DNA of 60,364 nt, taken from Candidatus Saccharimonadota bacterium (GTDB lineage: Bacteria; Patescibacteriota; Saccharimonadia; Saccharimonadales; Saccharimonadaceae). The position numbers were made by a program, and so were the translations under genes. Below the pieces are notes generated by a model. The model saw only the letters and a program-made list of their open reading frames with translations, searched no databases and had not been told where the DNA came from. Positions 1 through 9,641 of this stretch are shown one piece after another; the first letter of the stretch is position 1, and every line of letters starts with the position of its first letter. The stretch is from assembly GCA_017964025.1 (NCBI GenBank), contig JAGCST010000003.1, positions 1 through 60,364 on the forward strand, given 5' to 3'.

Positions 1-1698
1 ATCTACCACTGGATATCCAGCAATCACGCCACCAGCGAGAGTATCTTCGATACCTTTTTGTACTGGTTTGCGGTATTCTTGTGGCACCACACCACCCTTA
101 ATCTGGTCGATGAATTCAAAACCCTTCCCTGGTTCATTTGGCTCAAATTTAATCCAGACATCACCGTATTGACCACGGCCACCAGACTGTTTAATATGTT
201 TACCTTGTGCTTCTGCAGTACCACGAATGGTTTCACGATAGGCAACCTGAGGAGCACCAGTGTTGGCTTCGACATTATGTTCACGTTTCAAACGATCAAT
301 AATAATTTCAAGATGCAACTCGCCCATACCAGAAATAATGGTTTGGCCGGTTTCATCATCGGTATGTACACGGAAAGTTGGATCTTCTTCTGCCATCTTC
401 GAAAGACCAATACCCATCTTCTCTTGGTCAGCTTTAGTTTTTGGTTCTACCGCAATTGATACTGGTGGATCTGGGAATTCAATAGACTCTAGTAAGATAG
501 GATGAGCTGGTGCACATAGAGTTGTACCAGTTGTACAATTTTTGAGACCAACTACTGCCGCGATATCACCCGCACCAATTTCTGAAATATCTTTTCGGTC
601 ATTAGCATGCATACGCACTAAACGTCCAATTCTCTCTTTATCTCCAGTTGAAGCATTGAGAACCGTATCGCCAGATTTTAACTTACCAGCATAAACACGA
701 AGGAAGATTAATTTACCCACAAATGGATCAGTTGCAATCTTGAATGCAAGAGCAGTGAGAGGCTCTGAATTATCAGCCTTGCGTACAACCTGATCACCAG
801 TCTTAGGATCGGTGCCTACAGTTTGACCTTGATCACGATCGAGAGGCGATGGCAAATAATCAGTCATAAGATCAAGCACTTTTTCGACAATCACACCACG
901 ACCATCACCACCAGTTACCAAGAAGAAGTCACCATCAAGTACTCTTTTACGAAGCGCTGCTTTAAGTTCATCAACCGTAATAGCATCTTCACCTTCATTG
1001 AAATATTTATCCATCAAAGCCTCATCAGCTTGGACAGCTTCTTCTACCAACATTGAACGAGCATTTTTGGCTTTTTCTTTCATATCTTCAGGAATTTCAC
1101 CGACGGTAAGTTCATGATCAGCATAATCTTTGTAGGTATAAGCTTTCATGTCAATCAAATCAACTACACCGCAAATATCTTTTTCAAACCCAATCGGGAG
1201 ATGGATTGCTACTGCATTTTTCGACAAACGTTTATGAATCGACTCAAGAGATTTATAAAAATCGCCACCAATTTGATTAATTTTATTCACAAAACAAATA
1301 CGAGGTACACCATATTTAGTTGCTTGGCGCCACACCGTTTCGGATTGTGCTTCCACACCCATTTTCCCATCAAATACTACAACTGCGCCATCAAGCACAC
1401 GCAATGAACGTTCTACCTCTGCGGTAAAATCAATGTGTCCTGGGGTATCGATAATGTTGATTTGATGATTTTTCCAATAGACTGTCACTGCAGCAGAAGT
1501 AATCGTAATACCACGTTCTTTTTCCTGTTCCATCCAGTCAGTATCAGCACCACCAGTGCCACCTTTTACAAGGTCAATTTTATGCTTAAGCCCTGTACGA
1601 TATAGAATTGCTTCTGAGGTCGTCGTCTTACCTGCATCAATATGAGCAATAATCCCAATATTGCGAAGCTTGCTTAAATCTTTAATTTCAGTAGCCAT
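1..1698 (-). CDS. fusA: Elongation factor G, 3' end beyond window start
   Basis: Absent from ORF track (no stop in window). Manual translation from ATG at 1698: MATEIKDLSKLRNIGIIAHIDAGKTTT...DWMEQEKERGITITSAA...NIIDTPGHIDF; SD AAGGAG upstream. Confidence 0.97.
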   Translation of the reverse strand, partial: MATEIKDLSKLRNIGIIAHIDAGKTTTSEAILYRTGLKHKIDLVKGGTGGADTDWMEQEKERGITITSAAVTVYWKNHQINIIDTPGHIDFTAEVERSLRVLDGAVVVFDGKMGVEAQSETVWRQATKYGVPRICFVNKINQIGGDFYKSLESIHKRLSKNAVAIHLPIGFEKDICGVVDLIDMKAYTYKDYADHELTVGEIPEDMKEKAKNARSMLVEEAVQADEALMDKYFNEGEDAITVDELKAALRKRVLDGDFFLVTGGDGRGVIVEKVLDLMTDYLPSPLDRDQGQTVGTDPKTGDQVVRKADNSEPLTALAFKIATDPFVGKLIFLRVYAGKLKSGDTVLNASTGDKERIGRLVRMHANDRKDISEIGAGDIAAVVGLKNCTTGTTLCAPAHPILLESIEFPDPPVSIAVEPKTKADQEKMGIGLSKMAEEDPTFRVHTDDETGQTIISGMGELHLEIIIDRLKREHNVEANTGAPQVAYRETIRGTAEAQGKHIKQSGGRGQYGDVWIKFEPNEPGKGFEFIDQIKGGVVPQEYRKPVQKGIEDTLAGGVIAGYPVVD

Positions 1699-1823
1699 AT
1701 GCTCCTTTATTTTATAATATTATATTAATCCAACTTCTTAAGTTATTCACTCAAAAAGAAAGTACACTGGGATAATTATATCATAAAAATAAAAAATAAA
1801 ATAGATTTTACCCCCAATATCTT

Positions 1824-1852
1824 AAAAAATGCCGGCGCAAATGGGCGCCGGC
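1824..1852 (-). terminator. Intrinsic terminator of the ncRNA candidate
   Basis: Minus strand GCCGGCGC-CCATTT-GCGCCGGC followed by ATTTTTT. Confidence 0.85.
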
Positions 1853-1858
1853 AAATAT

Positions 1859-2039
1859 ATAGAAAAGAAAGACATTGCGTGGGCAATACTAGAGGATTTG
1901 TGAATAATTACAAACGAGCTTTATAAACATGGATATGAATAAAATAAATTAGGTTGCTGCTTGTTAAACGGAACCCGTCGGTTCGCTCTCCTAACGTTAT
2001 TATTATTTGTATCACCCCGCGGCGTCTTTTCTGTTCTAT
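1859..2039 (-). ncRNA. 6S RNA-like structured ncRNA (candidate)
   Basis: 181-nt rod: ATAGAACAGAAAAGAC pairs with GTCTTTCTTTTCTAT, GGGTGATAC pairs with GTATTGCCC, then an A-rich bubble (AAATAATAATAAC). Lies between a consensus promoter and a terminator; no credible ORF. Confidence 0.5.
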
Positions 2040-2127
2040 CCTATTAAGGAGCATGCCCACGACTGTCCTAGACAGTCATGGGCAAATCACATGACAACTC
2101 ACCCCAGTCCAATGAATCGTCTTCCAA

Positions 2128-2156
2128 ATTGTAGCATAAAGATAAAATGTTGTCAA
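2128..2156 (-). promoter_or_regulatory. Sigma70-type promoter driving the ncRNA candidate
   Basis: TTGACA-17 nt-TACAAT with TGn extension. Confidence 0.8.
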
Positions 2157-2270
2157 TGTTATATATTTTTTGAATACACTAGTAGACATTTTCCCCAATA
2201 AAGAAAGAACAATTTTCCTATCATTTTTATTAAACTTATGCTAAAATTAAATTAAGAAAATAGGAGGCAA

Positions 2271-2930
2271 ATGTTTTACCCTAGTCGCCAAGTTCTTGGT
2301 GATCAACTAGCCATGAAACTGACAGAATATCGCAATAACGATACAATTATTTTTTGTCTTAAGCGTAGTTCTCTACTTAGTTGTATTGAGCTTGCAACAC
2401 GTCTCCATGCCTATATTTACATTTTACAATATTCCGAGGTAGATGATCCTTATGATATCACTCGTCAACTTGGAGCAATTAAAACCGATGGCGGCTTTGT
2501 TTTAAATCCTGACATTACCAGAAATGAATACGAGTTTATTTGTGGCGATTTTTTAAATGTAGTTGAGCAACGCAAACAGGCTGCCTTTTCTAAAATCAAC
2601 GCCGAAAAAAATCTTAACCCTAGCTTTGACCCACGAGTTATCAATAATCGCAACATCATTATTTTTGCCGACATTTTAAAAACTACTTTTCCATTACAAA
2701 TCGCCATGGATATTTTAAAACCTTATTCTCCTGCCACTATCTATGGCGCTTTCGGAAACATTACAGTACCAGTGTCTGACAAAATGCAGCTTGAAACTGA
2801 CGGTTTAACTTATATGGACATTTTGCCGCACGCCCTTTTCGATGATAATCATTATTTTGATCAACCTGATACATATACCGAGGAGCAAAAAATTCAAATT
2901 GCTAATAATATTAGCCTCTATTGGGCTTAA
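2271..2930 (+). CDS. Degenerate phosphoribosyltransferase-like protein
   Basis: N-terminus MFYPSRQVLGDQLA and PRPP-loop-like RNIIIFADILKTT; SD AGGAGG. Confidence 0.6.
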   Translation: MFYPSRQVLGDQLAMKLTEYRNNDTIIFCLKRSSLLSCIELATRLHAYIYILQYSEVDDPYDITRQLGAIKTDGGFVLNPDITRNEYEFICGDFLNVVEQRKQAAFSKINAEKNLNPSFDPRVINNRNIIIFADILKTTFPLQIAMDILKPYSPATIYGAFGNITVPVSDKMQLETDGLTYMDILPHALFDDNHYFDQPDTYTEEQKIQIANNISLYWA

Positions 2931-2941
2931 GAAAGGAGAAG

Positions 2942-3895
2942 ATGGAAACTATTAACAAACTTATGAATGCCTATCAAACCAAAGTGGTTGGACAGGAAGA
3001 GCTTAGGCTGGCGCTTGTCGTAGCCCTTATTGCTGAAGGGCATGTACTCCTAGAATCTTTGCCAGGTCTTGCTAAGACCCTCGCAGCTAAAACTTTGGCC
3101 GAAGCTACTAATGGTAGTTTTTCACGTATTCAGTGTACGCCAGATTTATTGCCATCCGACATTATTGGCACGCAAATCTATAATTACAGTAAAGGCACTT
3201 TTGATACCAAAATTGGTCCAGTTTCCGCCAATTTTGTACTTCATGACGAAATTAACCGTTCTAGCGCCAAGACACAAAGCGCTATGCTAGAAGCAATGCA
3301 AGAGCGTCAAGTTTCAGTGGGTGGCGTTATGTTCCACATGCCAGACCCATTTATTGTTTTCGCAACCCAAAACCCAATCGAACAAGAAGGTACTTATGAA
3401 CTCCCTGAAGCTCAGCTTGATCGCTTCCTGCTCAAGGTGTTAGTCCCCTATCCTAAGCGTGATGAAGAACTTAAAATTTTGGATTATACTTTGTCAGGCC
3501 AAACTACTGAACCACTTCCCGACTCCGCAAAAGTATCTCTTGAAGAAATCAAACAACTCCAGAACGCTGCCAAATCAGTCAAAGTGGATGATTCCATTAA
3601 GAATTATATTACCAATATAGTGGCGGCCACCCGTGATGCGAAAACAGTTATCGGACCAGAACTTGCTAAATATGTCGACTATGGAGTATCACCTCGCGGA
3701 GCTATCGCATTACTCCGTGTCGCTCAAGTTTTAGCCTTGCTTCATAATCGTAATTATGTCACACCAGATGATGTTAAAGAATTACGCTATCCAGTTCTTC
3801 GTCATCGTATTATGTTGAATTTCGAAGCAGCTGCTGATGAAGTTCATTCAGAAGCTATCATTGATGCGATTTTTTCCAAGATTATAGCGCCGTAG
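2942..3895 (+). CDS. MoxR-family AAA+ ATPase
   Basis: GHVLLESLPGLAKT (Walker A), RIQCTPDLLPSDI, DEINR, ATQNPIEQEGTYELPEAQLDRF. Start moved to ATG at 2942 after SD AAGGAG. Confidence 0.95.
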   Translation: METINKLMNAYQTKVVGQEELRLALVVALIAEGHVLLESLPGLAKTLAAKTLAEATNGSFSRIQCTPDLLPSDIIGTQIYNYSKGTFDTKIGPVSANFVLHDEINRSSAKTQSAMLEAMQERQVSVGGVMFHMPDPFIVFATQNPIEQEGTYELPEAQLDRFLLKVLVPYPKRDEELKILDYTLSGQTTEPLPDSAKVSLEEIKQLQNAAKSVKVDDSIKNYITNIVAATRDAKTVIGPELAKYVDYGVSPRGAIALLRVAQVLALLHNRNYVTPDDVKELRYPVLRHRIMLNFEAAADEVHSEAIIDAIFSKIIAP

Positions 3896-3911
3896 CACCC
3901 ACATTCTGTAT

Positions 3912-3940
3912 ATTATAGCACAAAATAACATAAAAGTCAA
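3912..3940 (-). promoter_or_regulatory. Near-consensus promoter oriented antisense into moxR
   Basis: Minus strand TTGACT-17 nt-TATAAT with TGn extension, in the moxR/DUF58 spacer. Confidence 0.6.
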
Positions 3941-3955
3941 TTTTACAGGGAGAAA

Positions 3956-4843
3956 ATGTCAAGCCATCTCGTCAAAGTTAAAAAGAAAATGAGCATTTAC
4001 GCCAAACGACGCGTGCGTAATGTGCTCACTGGTAACTATGGCTCAGTATTTAAAGGCCGTGGTATGGATTTTGACGATTTACGTCCTTATGAATATGGTG
4101 ACGACGTCAAAGATATTGATTGGAAGGCTTCAGCACGCTCTCGTACGCCTATGATTAGAAGATATGTGGCAGTTCGCAAACATAACATTATGATCGTTGC
4201 AGATGCTGGTCGTAATATGGCCGCACTTTCTCCTTCTGGTGAAACTAAAGGCGCCATTGCAACTTTAGCTGCTGGCGTTATTGCGTATATTGCACAAAAA
4301 AATGACGATCTTGTTGGTATGGTGTTTGGGAATAGTAATGGCAACACTAAGTTTGCACTTAAAGAAGGCACTGCCCACATTGAAAACTTTCTCACTAAAT
4401 ACGAAAAATCTATTAATATCAAAGCAGACCAAGCAGATCTTAATGCTTTACTCAGTTATATTTCCAAAAATTTTCGTGAACGTATGTTTTTAATTATTAT
4501 CACCGATGTGTTCGGTGCCGCTAACATTTATCAAGATATTATTAGGCGCCTTCGCACTCGTCACGAACAAATGATCATTATGGTTGAAGATTCTGAGTTA
4601 ACCAACTCAAATTTTGTTAATTTTGAAGCTCGTGATATCACGGAAGATTTGCGTTTACCAGCTTTTATGCGCAAAGACCGTAATCTTAAAAAAGCCGAAA
4701 CCAATATGCGTCAATCACTCAAAACTACTACTCAACACGATTTGAAACGTTTAGGAGTCTGTAGTTGTAGTATTGATAGTTCTGATAATGTTATTCCAGC
4801 TATTTTTAAAATGCTAGAGGAGCAAAAACATGTTCGCCGTTAA
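3956..4843 (+). CDS. DUF58 domain protein (MoxR partner)
   Basis: FKGRGMDFDDLRPYEYGDDVKDIDWKASAR signature; directly follows moxR. Confidence 0.92.
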   Translation: MSSHLVKVKKKMSIYAKRRVRNVLTGNYGSVFKGRGMDFDDLRPYEYGDDVKDIDWKASARSRTPMIRRYVAVRKHNIMIVADAGRNMAALSPSGETKGAIATLAAGVIAYIAQKNDDLVGMVFGNSNGNTKFALKEGTAHIENFLTKYEKSINIKADQADLNALLSYISKNFRERMFLIIITDVFGAANIYQDIIRRLRTRHEQMIIMVEDSELTNSNFVNFEARDITEDLRLPAFMRKDRNLKKAETNMRQSLKTTTQHDLKRLGVCSCSIDSSDNVIPAIFKMLEEQKHVRR

Positions 4844-5405
4844 AATGTTTAGTGCTGCCCTTGCTAGCCCTAGCCTTATGCATGAACCAATGTATTATTC
4901 TATTGTCTGGTTCTTTTTTGGCATTCTATTTCTTGGCCTAATTTTATTAATTATTTTCTTTATCCTCTATACTACACGTAAAAAACCTATCAAATCACTT
5001 TCTAATCTTAAACCAGCTAAGCCTCAAATTAAAGATATTGCAGCTATCAGACAAAAATATTTACAAATGGTTGACGAAGTTGAACAGAGATTTGGCACAC
5101 GTAAGATTCGCGCCGCTAGAGCACACCAAGAATTGAGCTTAGTAGTACGCTTGTTTTATACAGAAGTAAGTGGTTTTCACGCTGAAGTATTAACATTAAG
5201 CGATATAAAACGTTCAAAAAATATTAAGCTCGCTAATTTAATAAATAAATATTACCCAGATGAATTTGATTGTCTGGAACATGGTTCGGTTCTTGATTCC
5301 GCTCGCAAGGCTCGTGAGTTGATTATGGATTCCGAAGCAGTTGCTAAACTTTCGTCTGTCAACAACCCAAATATTTCCCTACCGAATCAAGGAGGCAAAC
5401 AATGA
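4830..5405 (+). CDS. Single-pass membrane protein of the MoxR/vWA operon
   Basis: One hydrophobic helix, TLSDI motif, overlaps both neighbours; SD GAGGAG. Confidence 0.75.
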   Translation: MFAVKMFSAALASPSLMHEPMYYSIVWFFFGILFLGLILLIIFFILYTTRKKPIKSLSNLKPAKPQIKDIAAIRQKYLQMVDEVEQRFGTRKIRAARAHQELSLVVRLFYTEVSGFHAEVLTLSDIKRSKNIKLANLINKYYPDEFDCLEHGSVLDSARKARELIMDSEAVAKLSSVNNPNISLPNQGGKQ

Positions 5406-6430
5406 GACAATCATGGATTCTATTAGTAGCTTTATTTGGATTTATCGCAATTATTGGGATTGCTTTTTGGCAACAACGACAAAAAGCTCAACGTAAAATT
5501 TCTACTAAAAACGATTGCAAACCTTTAGCTAATACTAATAAAGTCAGAGCTTTACCAGAGTATAAAGCTGCCCTCAAAAAGTATCATCTCCTACTTATGG
5601 CTGCAGGCCTTTTGTTTATTGTAGTGTTTAGCTCTGTCGCAATTATTGCCGCACGACCAGTTTCGGTTACAGTTTCTAAACCAGAGTATGACAACCGTGA
5701 TATTATGCTCTGTCTTGATGTTAGCGGTTCGATGAATGAATATGTTAAGGAGCTTGTTGAATATTTCGCTGATCTCCTCGATGATTTTAAAGGTCAGCGT
5801 GTTGGCTTGACTCTATTTGATAGCGTTTATCTAACTGTTGCACCACTCAGTGATGACTATGATTTATTAGCAGATTTACTGAAAGACTTTAAAGACGACC
5901 CATTCGCTTATTCTTATGCTCTTTATAGCAGCAAAGTTGACGGTACATCAGCCATCGGGCGTGGCGTAGTCGGTTGTGTCAATGGTTTTGACAAATTAGA
6001 AGAGCAAGAACGTTCTCGTTCTATTATCCTAGCAACAGATAATGAGGATGCTGCCGGTAGAGTTGTTACTCTTACACAAGCCGCTAATTATGCTAAACGT
6101 TATAATATTGCCATCTATGGATTGTCCACCGGTGAATATCGTAGTCAAGAGCAAATAAATAACCCGACATCCACATACGGAGCAGATTATCTTGAAGAAT
6201 TCCGTGAAGCCACTCTAAATACTGGTGGTGCTTACTATGCTTTTTCTTCATGGAGTAACAATAATAACGTTGTCGTATCTGAAATCGTCGATCAGATCTT
6301 AGAACAAGAAGCTGCTCGCTATGAAGGGGCAGAAACACTAGTACGCAATGATTCACCTACTATTCCAATAATCATAGCAACAATATCTGCAATTTTATTC
6401 TTTATTGTAATCTGGAGGCTTAGTCTATGA
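5402..6430 (+). CDS. vWA domain membrane protein (BatA-like)
   Basis: MIDAS CLDVSGSM, GTSAIG, ILATDNE; N- and C-terminal TM helices. Confidence 0.9.
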   Translation: MRQSWILLVALFGFIAIIGIAFWQQRQKAQRKISTKNDCKPLANTNKVRALPEYKAALKKYHLLLMAAGLLFIVVFSSVAIIAARPVSVTVSKPEYDNRDIMLCLDVSGSMNEYVKELVEYFADLLDDFKGQRVGLTLFDSVYLTVAPLSDDYDLLADLLKDFKDDPFAYSYALYSSKVDGTSAIGRGVVGCVNGFDKLEEQERSRSIILATDNEDAAGRVVTLTQAANYAKRYNIAIYGLSTGEYRSQEQINNPTSTYGADYLEEFREATLNTGGAYYAFSSWSNNNNVVVSEIVDQILEQEAARYEGAETLVRNDSPTIPIIIATISAILFFIVIWRLSL

Positions 6431-7404
6431 AAAAGTTGATAAAATCTTTTGTTTTTCTGAAATCTCCAACCTTTTATCGTCGTTTAGGAATGCTAATTTT
6501 AACATTACTCATGCTCTTTCGTTTTACTATTTCTAGTGAAATATCAGAACGCGAAACATCCAACTTGAATGTTTGGTTTGTAGTAGATGCTACCGGCTCT
6601 ATGGTAGCTAAAGATGTAAAAAATGGTGATAAGCGCCGTTTCGAACAGGCACAAGATGATGCAGCCTATATTGTATCCAAACTTCCTGGCGCCAAATATA
6701 GTATTATAGTTCAAGATTTTTCAACTTATTCTGCTGTACCGATGACGTTTAATGCCGATGCAATAGTAGCAGCTGCTCCATATTTCAAACCAAAAGATTC
6801 ATATTATACTAAACCTTCTGATTTCACAGAAGTATTTGCATATACTGCTCAGCGATTGGTTAAATATAAAGAACGTTATCCAGAACGTAATAATGTCATA
6901 GTATTTATGAGCGATGGTGAAGACGTGTCAGGTAAATCTATTCAATTACCACAGAATTTACCAGGTTTACTAGATAAGGCAATTGTATTTGGATATGGTT
7001 CTACTAGTGGTAGTCTTATAGAAATGGTTGGCATTGTAGGAGAAAATGGGTCAGATTTCACTGCCATAACAAATGAATATGTAACATATTTTGGAGATGA
7101 TTCGAATATCTCTGTCGATGACAAACACCGCGTAATTTCTAAAATAAATGAAACGAATTTAAAACAGATTGCTAGTACGCTTCATGGCGATTATTATCAT
7201 CGTGAAGATAATAATATGCCGAATGCTGTTATTTCGGCGCTTGCTTCTGCTGCTAGTATTCAACACGACCCATCAGGCACTACAACTAATACTGGCGCTG
7301 AGACGTACTGGGTTTTCGCTATTCTTTTACTTATTTTACTGGCTTGGGAAGGTGAAGATGTTTTAGCGCGAGTATTATCAGAAAGGAGTAAGAAAGATGT
7401 CTGA
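6427..7404 (+). CDS. vWA domain membrane protein (BatB-like)
   Basis: VVDATGSMVAKD, FMSDGED, FGYGSTSG, INETNLKQIA; flanking TM helices. Confidence 0.88.
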   Translation: MKKLIKSFVFLKSPTFYRRLGMLILTLLMLFRFTISSEISERETSNLNVWFVVDATGSMVAKDVKNGDKRRFEQAQDDAAYIVSKLPGAKYSIIVQDFSTYSAVPMTFNADAIVAAAPYFKPKDSYYTKPSDFTEVFAYTAQRLVKYKERYPERNNVIVFMSDGEDVSGKSIQLPQNLPGLLDKAIVFGYGSTSGSLIEMVGIVGENGSDFTAITNEYVTYFGDDSNISVDDKHRVISKINETNLKQIASTLHGDYYHREDNNMPNAVISALASAASIQHDPSGTTTNTGAETYWVFAILLLILLAWEGEDVLARVLSERSKKDV

Positions 7405-8173
7405 ATTTAATTTGGATTTATTAAATCAAGATAAAATTCGTTTTAAAAAACGTCGTAGACTATTTCTTTACACTTTAGTGCCACTTATAATTCTAATACT
7501 TTCTACAATATTTTTCCTCCGCACTGGTATCTATAATATTATCTATTCAACTGGCATTGCAGGTGAAAGTTATGGATTGCCAGCTGTTGCAACCAAACTC
7601 CAGATGGTTGGAAATTTAATTGAACCGTATTTACCATATTATAATAATGGCTATCTTAAGCTTATTCAAGCCGAATCGCGTGAAGATTTGGTAGCAGCTG
7701 AGACGGAATTTCGTGAAAGTCTCAAACATAATCCGCCCGAAGAGCGTCTTTGCGCTATTTATGGCAATTTATCGTATTCGATTGAGCTGCAAGCTGATCT
7801 ATTATTTAATAATCAACAATATAATGACGCTCTAGTTTCTTATAATCAGGCAGAATCATTACTTTTTGAAAATAATTGTGCTAGCAAAGATGACAATCAG
7901 ACTGGTAAAGACGAACAATCAGAAGCAGCTAAGGATCGCATTGAAGAGAAGCGTCGCGAAGCTGTTGATGCAGCAAACAACAATAGTGATCCCAGCAATA
8001 ACAATGGTAATGGCAATCAAGGCGGTGATCAAGAAATATCTGAAAGCCAGTTGCAAGAAATCCAAGATCAACAGGAAGAAATCAATAACCAAGCCGCCGG
8101 CAATCCATACCAAAGCCATGGACCGAACACAGGTGGTGGCGGTAGTAGTAATTTTGGCGAACCTAATTTTTAA
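7397..8173 (+). CDS. Membrane-anchored TPR-like protein with Gln/Asn/Gly-rich tail (BatC-like)
   Basis: N-terminal TM, helical repeats (YYNNG, YNDALVSYNQA), low-complexity C-terminus; last gene of the operon. Confidence 0.65.
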   Translation: MSEFNLDLLNQDKIRFKKRRRLFLYTLVPLIILILSTIFFLRTGIYNIIYSTGIAGESYGLPAVATKLQMVGNLIEPYLPYYNNGYLKLIQAESREDLVAAETEFRESLKHNPPEERLCAIYGNLSYSIELQADLLFNNQQYNDALVSYNQAESLLFENNCASKDDNQTGKDEQSEAAKDRIEEKRREAVDAANNNSDPSNNNGNGNQGGDQEISESQLQEIQDQQEEINNQAAGNPYQSHGPNTGGGGSSNFGEPNF

Positions 8174-8225
8174 ACACTAATAACACCACTATATTTATAT
8201 TTTGTATAAAATTAGCACAAGTTAA

Positions 8226-9641
8226 TTATTTAGTTAATTTTTTACGCAAAATATCTTGGACGGCAGACGGATTAGCTTTTCCGTGTGATTCTTTCATAAC
8301 TTGCCCCACCAAGAACCCAATTGCTTTTTCTTCTCCTGCTCGAAAATCATCTTGAGCCTTCTTTGTCTCCGGCTTAGCTAATACTGTATCAACTATTTTT
8401 TTAAGTGCGTCTAAATCATTTTCCTGGATTAATCCCAATTCTTTTGCAATTTGTTTAGCGCCTCGCTCTGTCATTTGTGGGTCGAATAAACGTAGGAACA
8501 CTTCTTTAGTTGCGGTAGAAGACAATTCTTTTTTATTATTCATCTCTGCCAGTTCATTTAAATCTTTAGCGCTTGGCAAATCGTTTAAATATTCCGCTGC
8601 CTTTTCTTCCGCCAATAAGACTGACGCAAACAAATTTGAAATACTTTTTACATATTTTTTATCAATCTCATTCAACTTTTTCATTAAATCTGGATAATCC
8701 AATAAAATTTCTAAAATATCATTTGAAATAATTCCATTAAATTTTTCACGATAATCTGAAGGCATTAAAGGTAATTTATCTACTTCAGTTTTAATGAATT
8801 CAGGTGTCAAATTAACTGGAGGGATATCCGGTTCTGGCATATAACGATAATCTTTTGCCTCTTCTTTAGAACGCTGCGGTGAAGTTTTTCCAGTAGCATC
8901 ATTCCAACCTCGCGTTTCCTGCTTGATTTTTTTACCAGATTCTAACATTTTAGTCTGTCTAGCAATCTCATATTCTGTTGCCCTTTCAGCTGAGCGGAAA
9001 GAATTAAGGTTTTTGACTTCTGTCCGTGTTCCTAATTCTTTAGCGCCTTCTGGGGCTAATGAAATATTTACATCAAACCGCATATTACCATTATATAAAT
9101 CACCATAGGTTACTCCAGCGTAGCACATCAGACGCCACAATTCTTTACAATAATCATGTACGTCTTTAGCTGAATGGATATCAGGCATTGAGACAATTTC
9201 AATCAATGGTGTATCTACTCTATTCAAATCTACCAAACTGTAAGTATCAAAATGGGTCAACTTTCCCGCATCGCCTTCAAGATGGGCATGTTCAATTCGT
9301 ACGCGTGTACCAGAAGGTAGCTCTACATATCCCTCACCAATAATTGGATGATAAAATTGTGTAATCTGATATCCTTTTGGTGAATCTGGATAAAAATAGT
9401 GTTTACGATCAAATCTAGAAGAAGCGTTGATTTTGCAATTCATCGCACGACCGGCGCGAATTGCAAATTTGATTGCCTCACCATTTAAGCGTGGCAACAT
9501 ACCAGGTAAAGCATAGTCTACTGGTGAAACACAAGAATTCGGTTCTTTCCCGCGAGCATCATTATCTACTTCTGAAAATAGTTTTGTCTTAGTACAAAGT
9601 TGAACATGGCATTCTATACCGATAGTTGGAATATATTTCAT
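8226..9641 (-). CDS. gatB: Asp/Glu-tRNA amidotransferase subunit B
   Basis: IGIECHVQL, FDRKHYFYPD, RTEVKNLNS, DYRYMPEPDIPP. Confidence 0.97.
   Translation of the reverse strand: MKYIPTIGIECHVQLCTKTKLFSEVDNDARGKEPNSCVSPVDYALPGMLPRLNGEAIKFAIRAGRAMNCKINASSRFDRKHYFYPDSPKGYQITQFYHPIIGEGYVELPSGTRVRIEHAHLEGDAGKLTHFDTYSLVDLNRVDTPLIEIVSMPDIHSAKDVHDYCKELWRLMCYAGVTYGDLYNGNMRFDVNISLAPEGAKELGTRTEVKNLNSFRSAERATEYEIARQTKMLESGKKIKQETRGWNDATGKTSPQRSKEEAKDYRYMPEPDIPPVNLTPEFIKTEVDKLPLMPSDYREKFNGIISNDILEILLDYPDLMKKLNEIDKKYVKSISNLFASVLLAEEKAAEYLNDLPSAKDLNELAEMNNKKELSSTATKEVFLRLFDPQMTERGAKQIAKELGLIQENDLDALKKIVDTVLAKPETKKAQDDFRAGEEKAIGFLVGQVMKESHGKANPSAVQDILRKKLTK

Noticed and set aside
24-1407. Short ORFs in the first 1.4 kb
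   Set aside because: Antisense or off-frame shadows of fusA.
1830-2125. RNase P, tmRNA or SRP identity for the ncRNA, and the 64-aa ORF 2007-2201
   Set aside because: No GAGGAAAGUCC, no tRNA-like CCA end and no SRP GGAA-loop motif; the ORF lacks an SD and opposes the promoter/terminator orientation.
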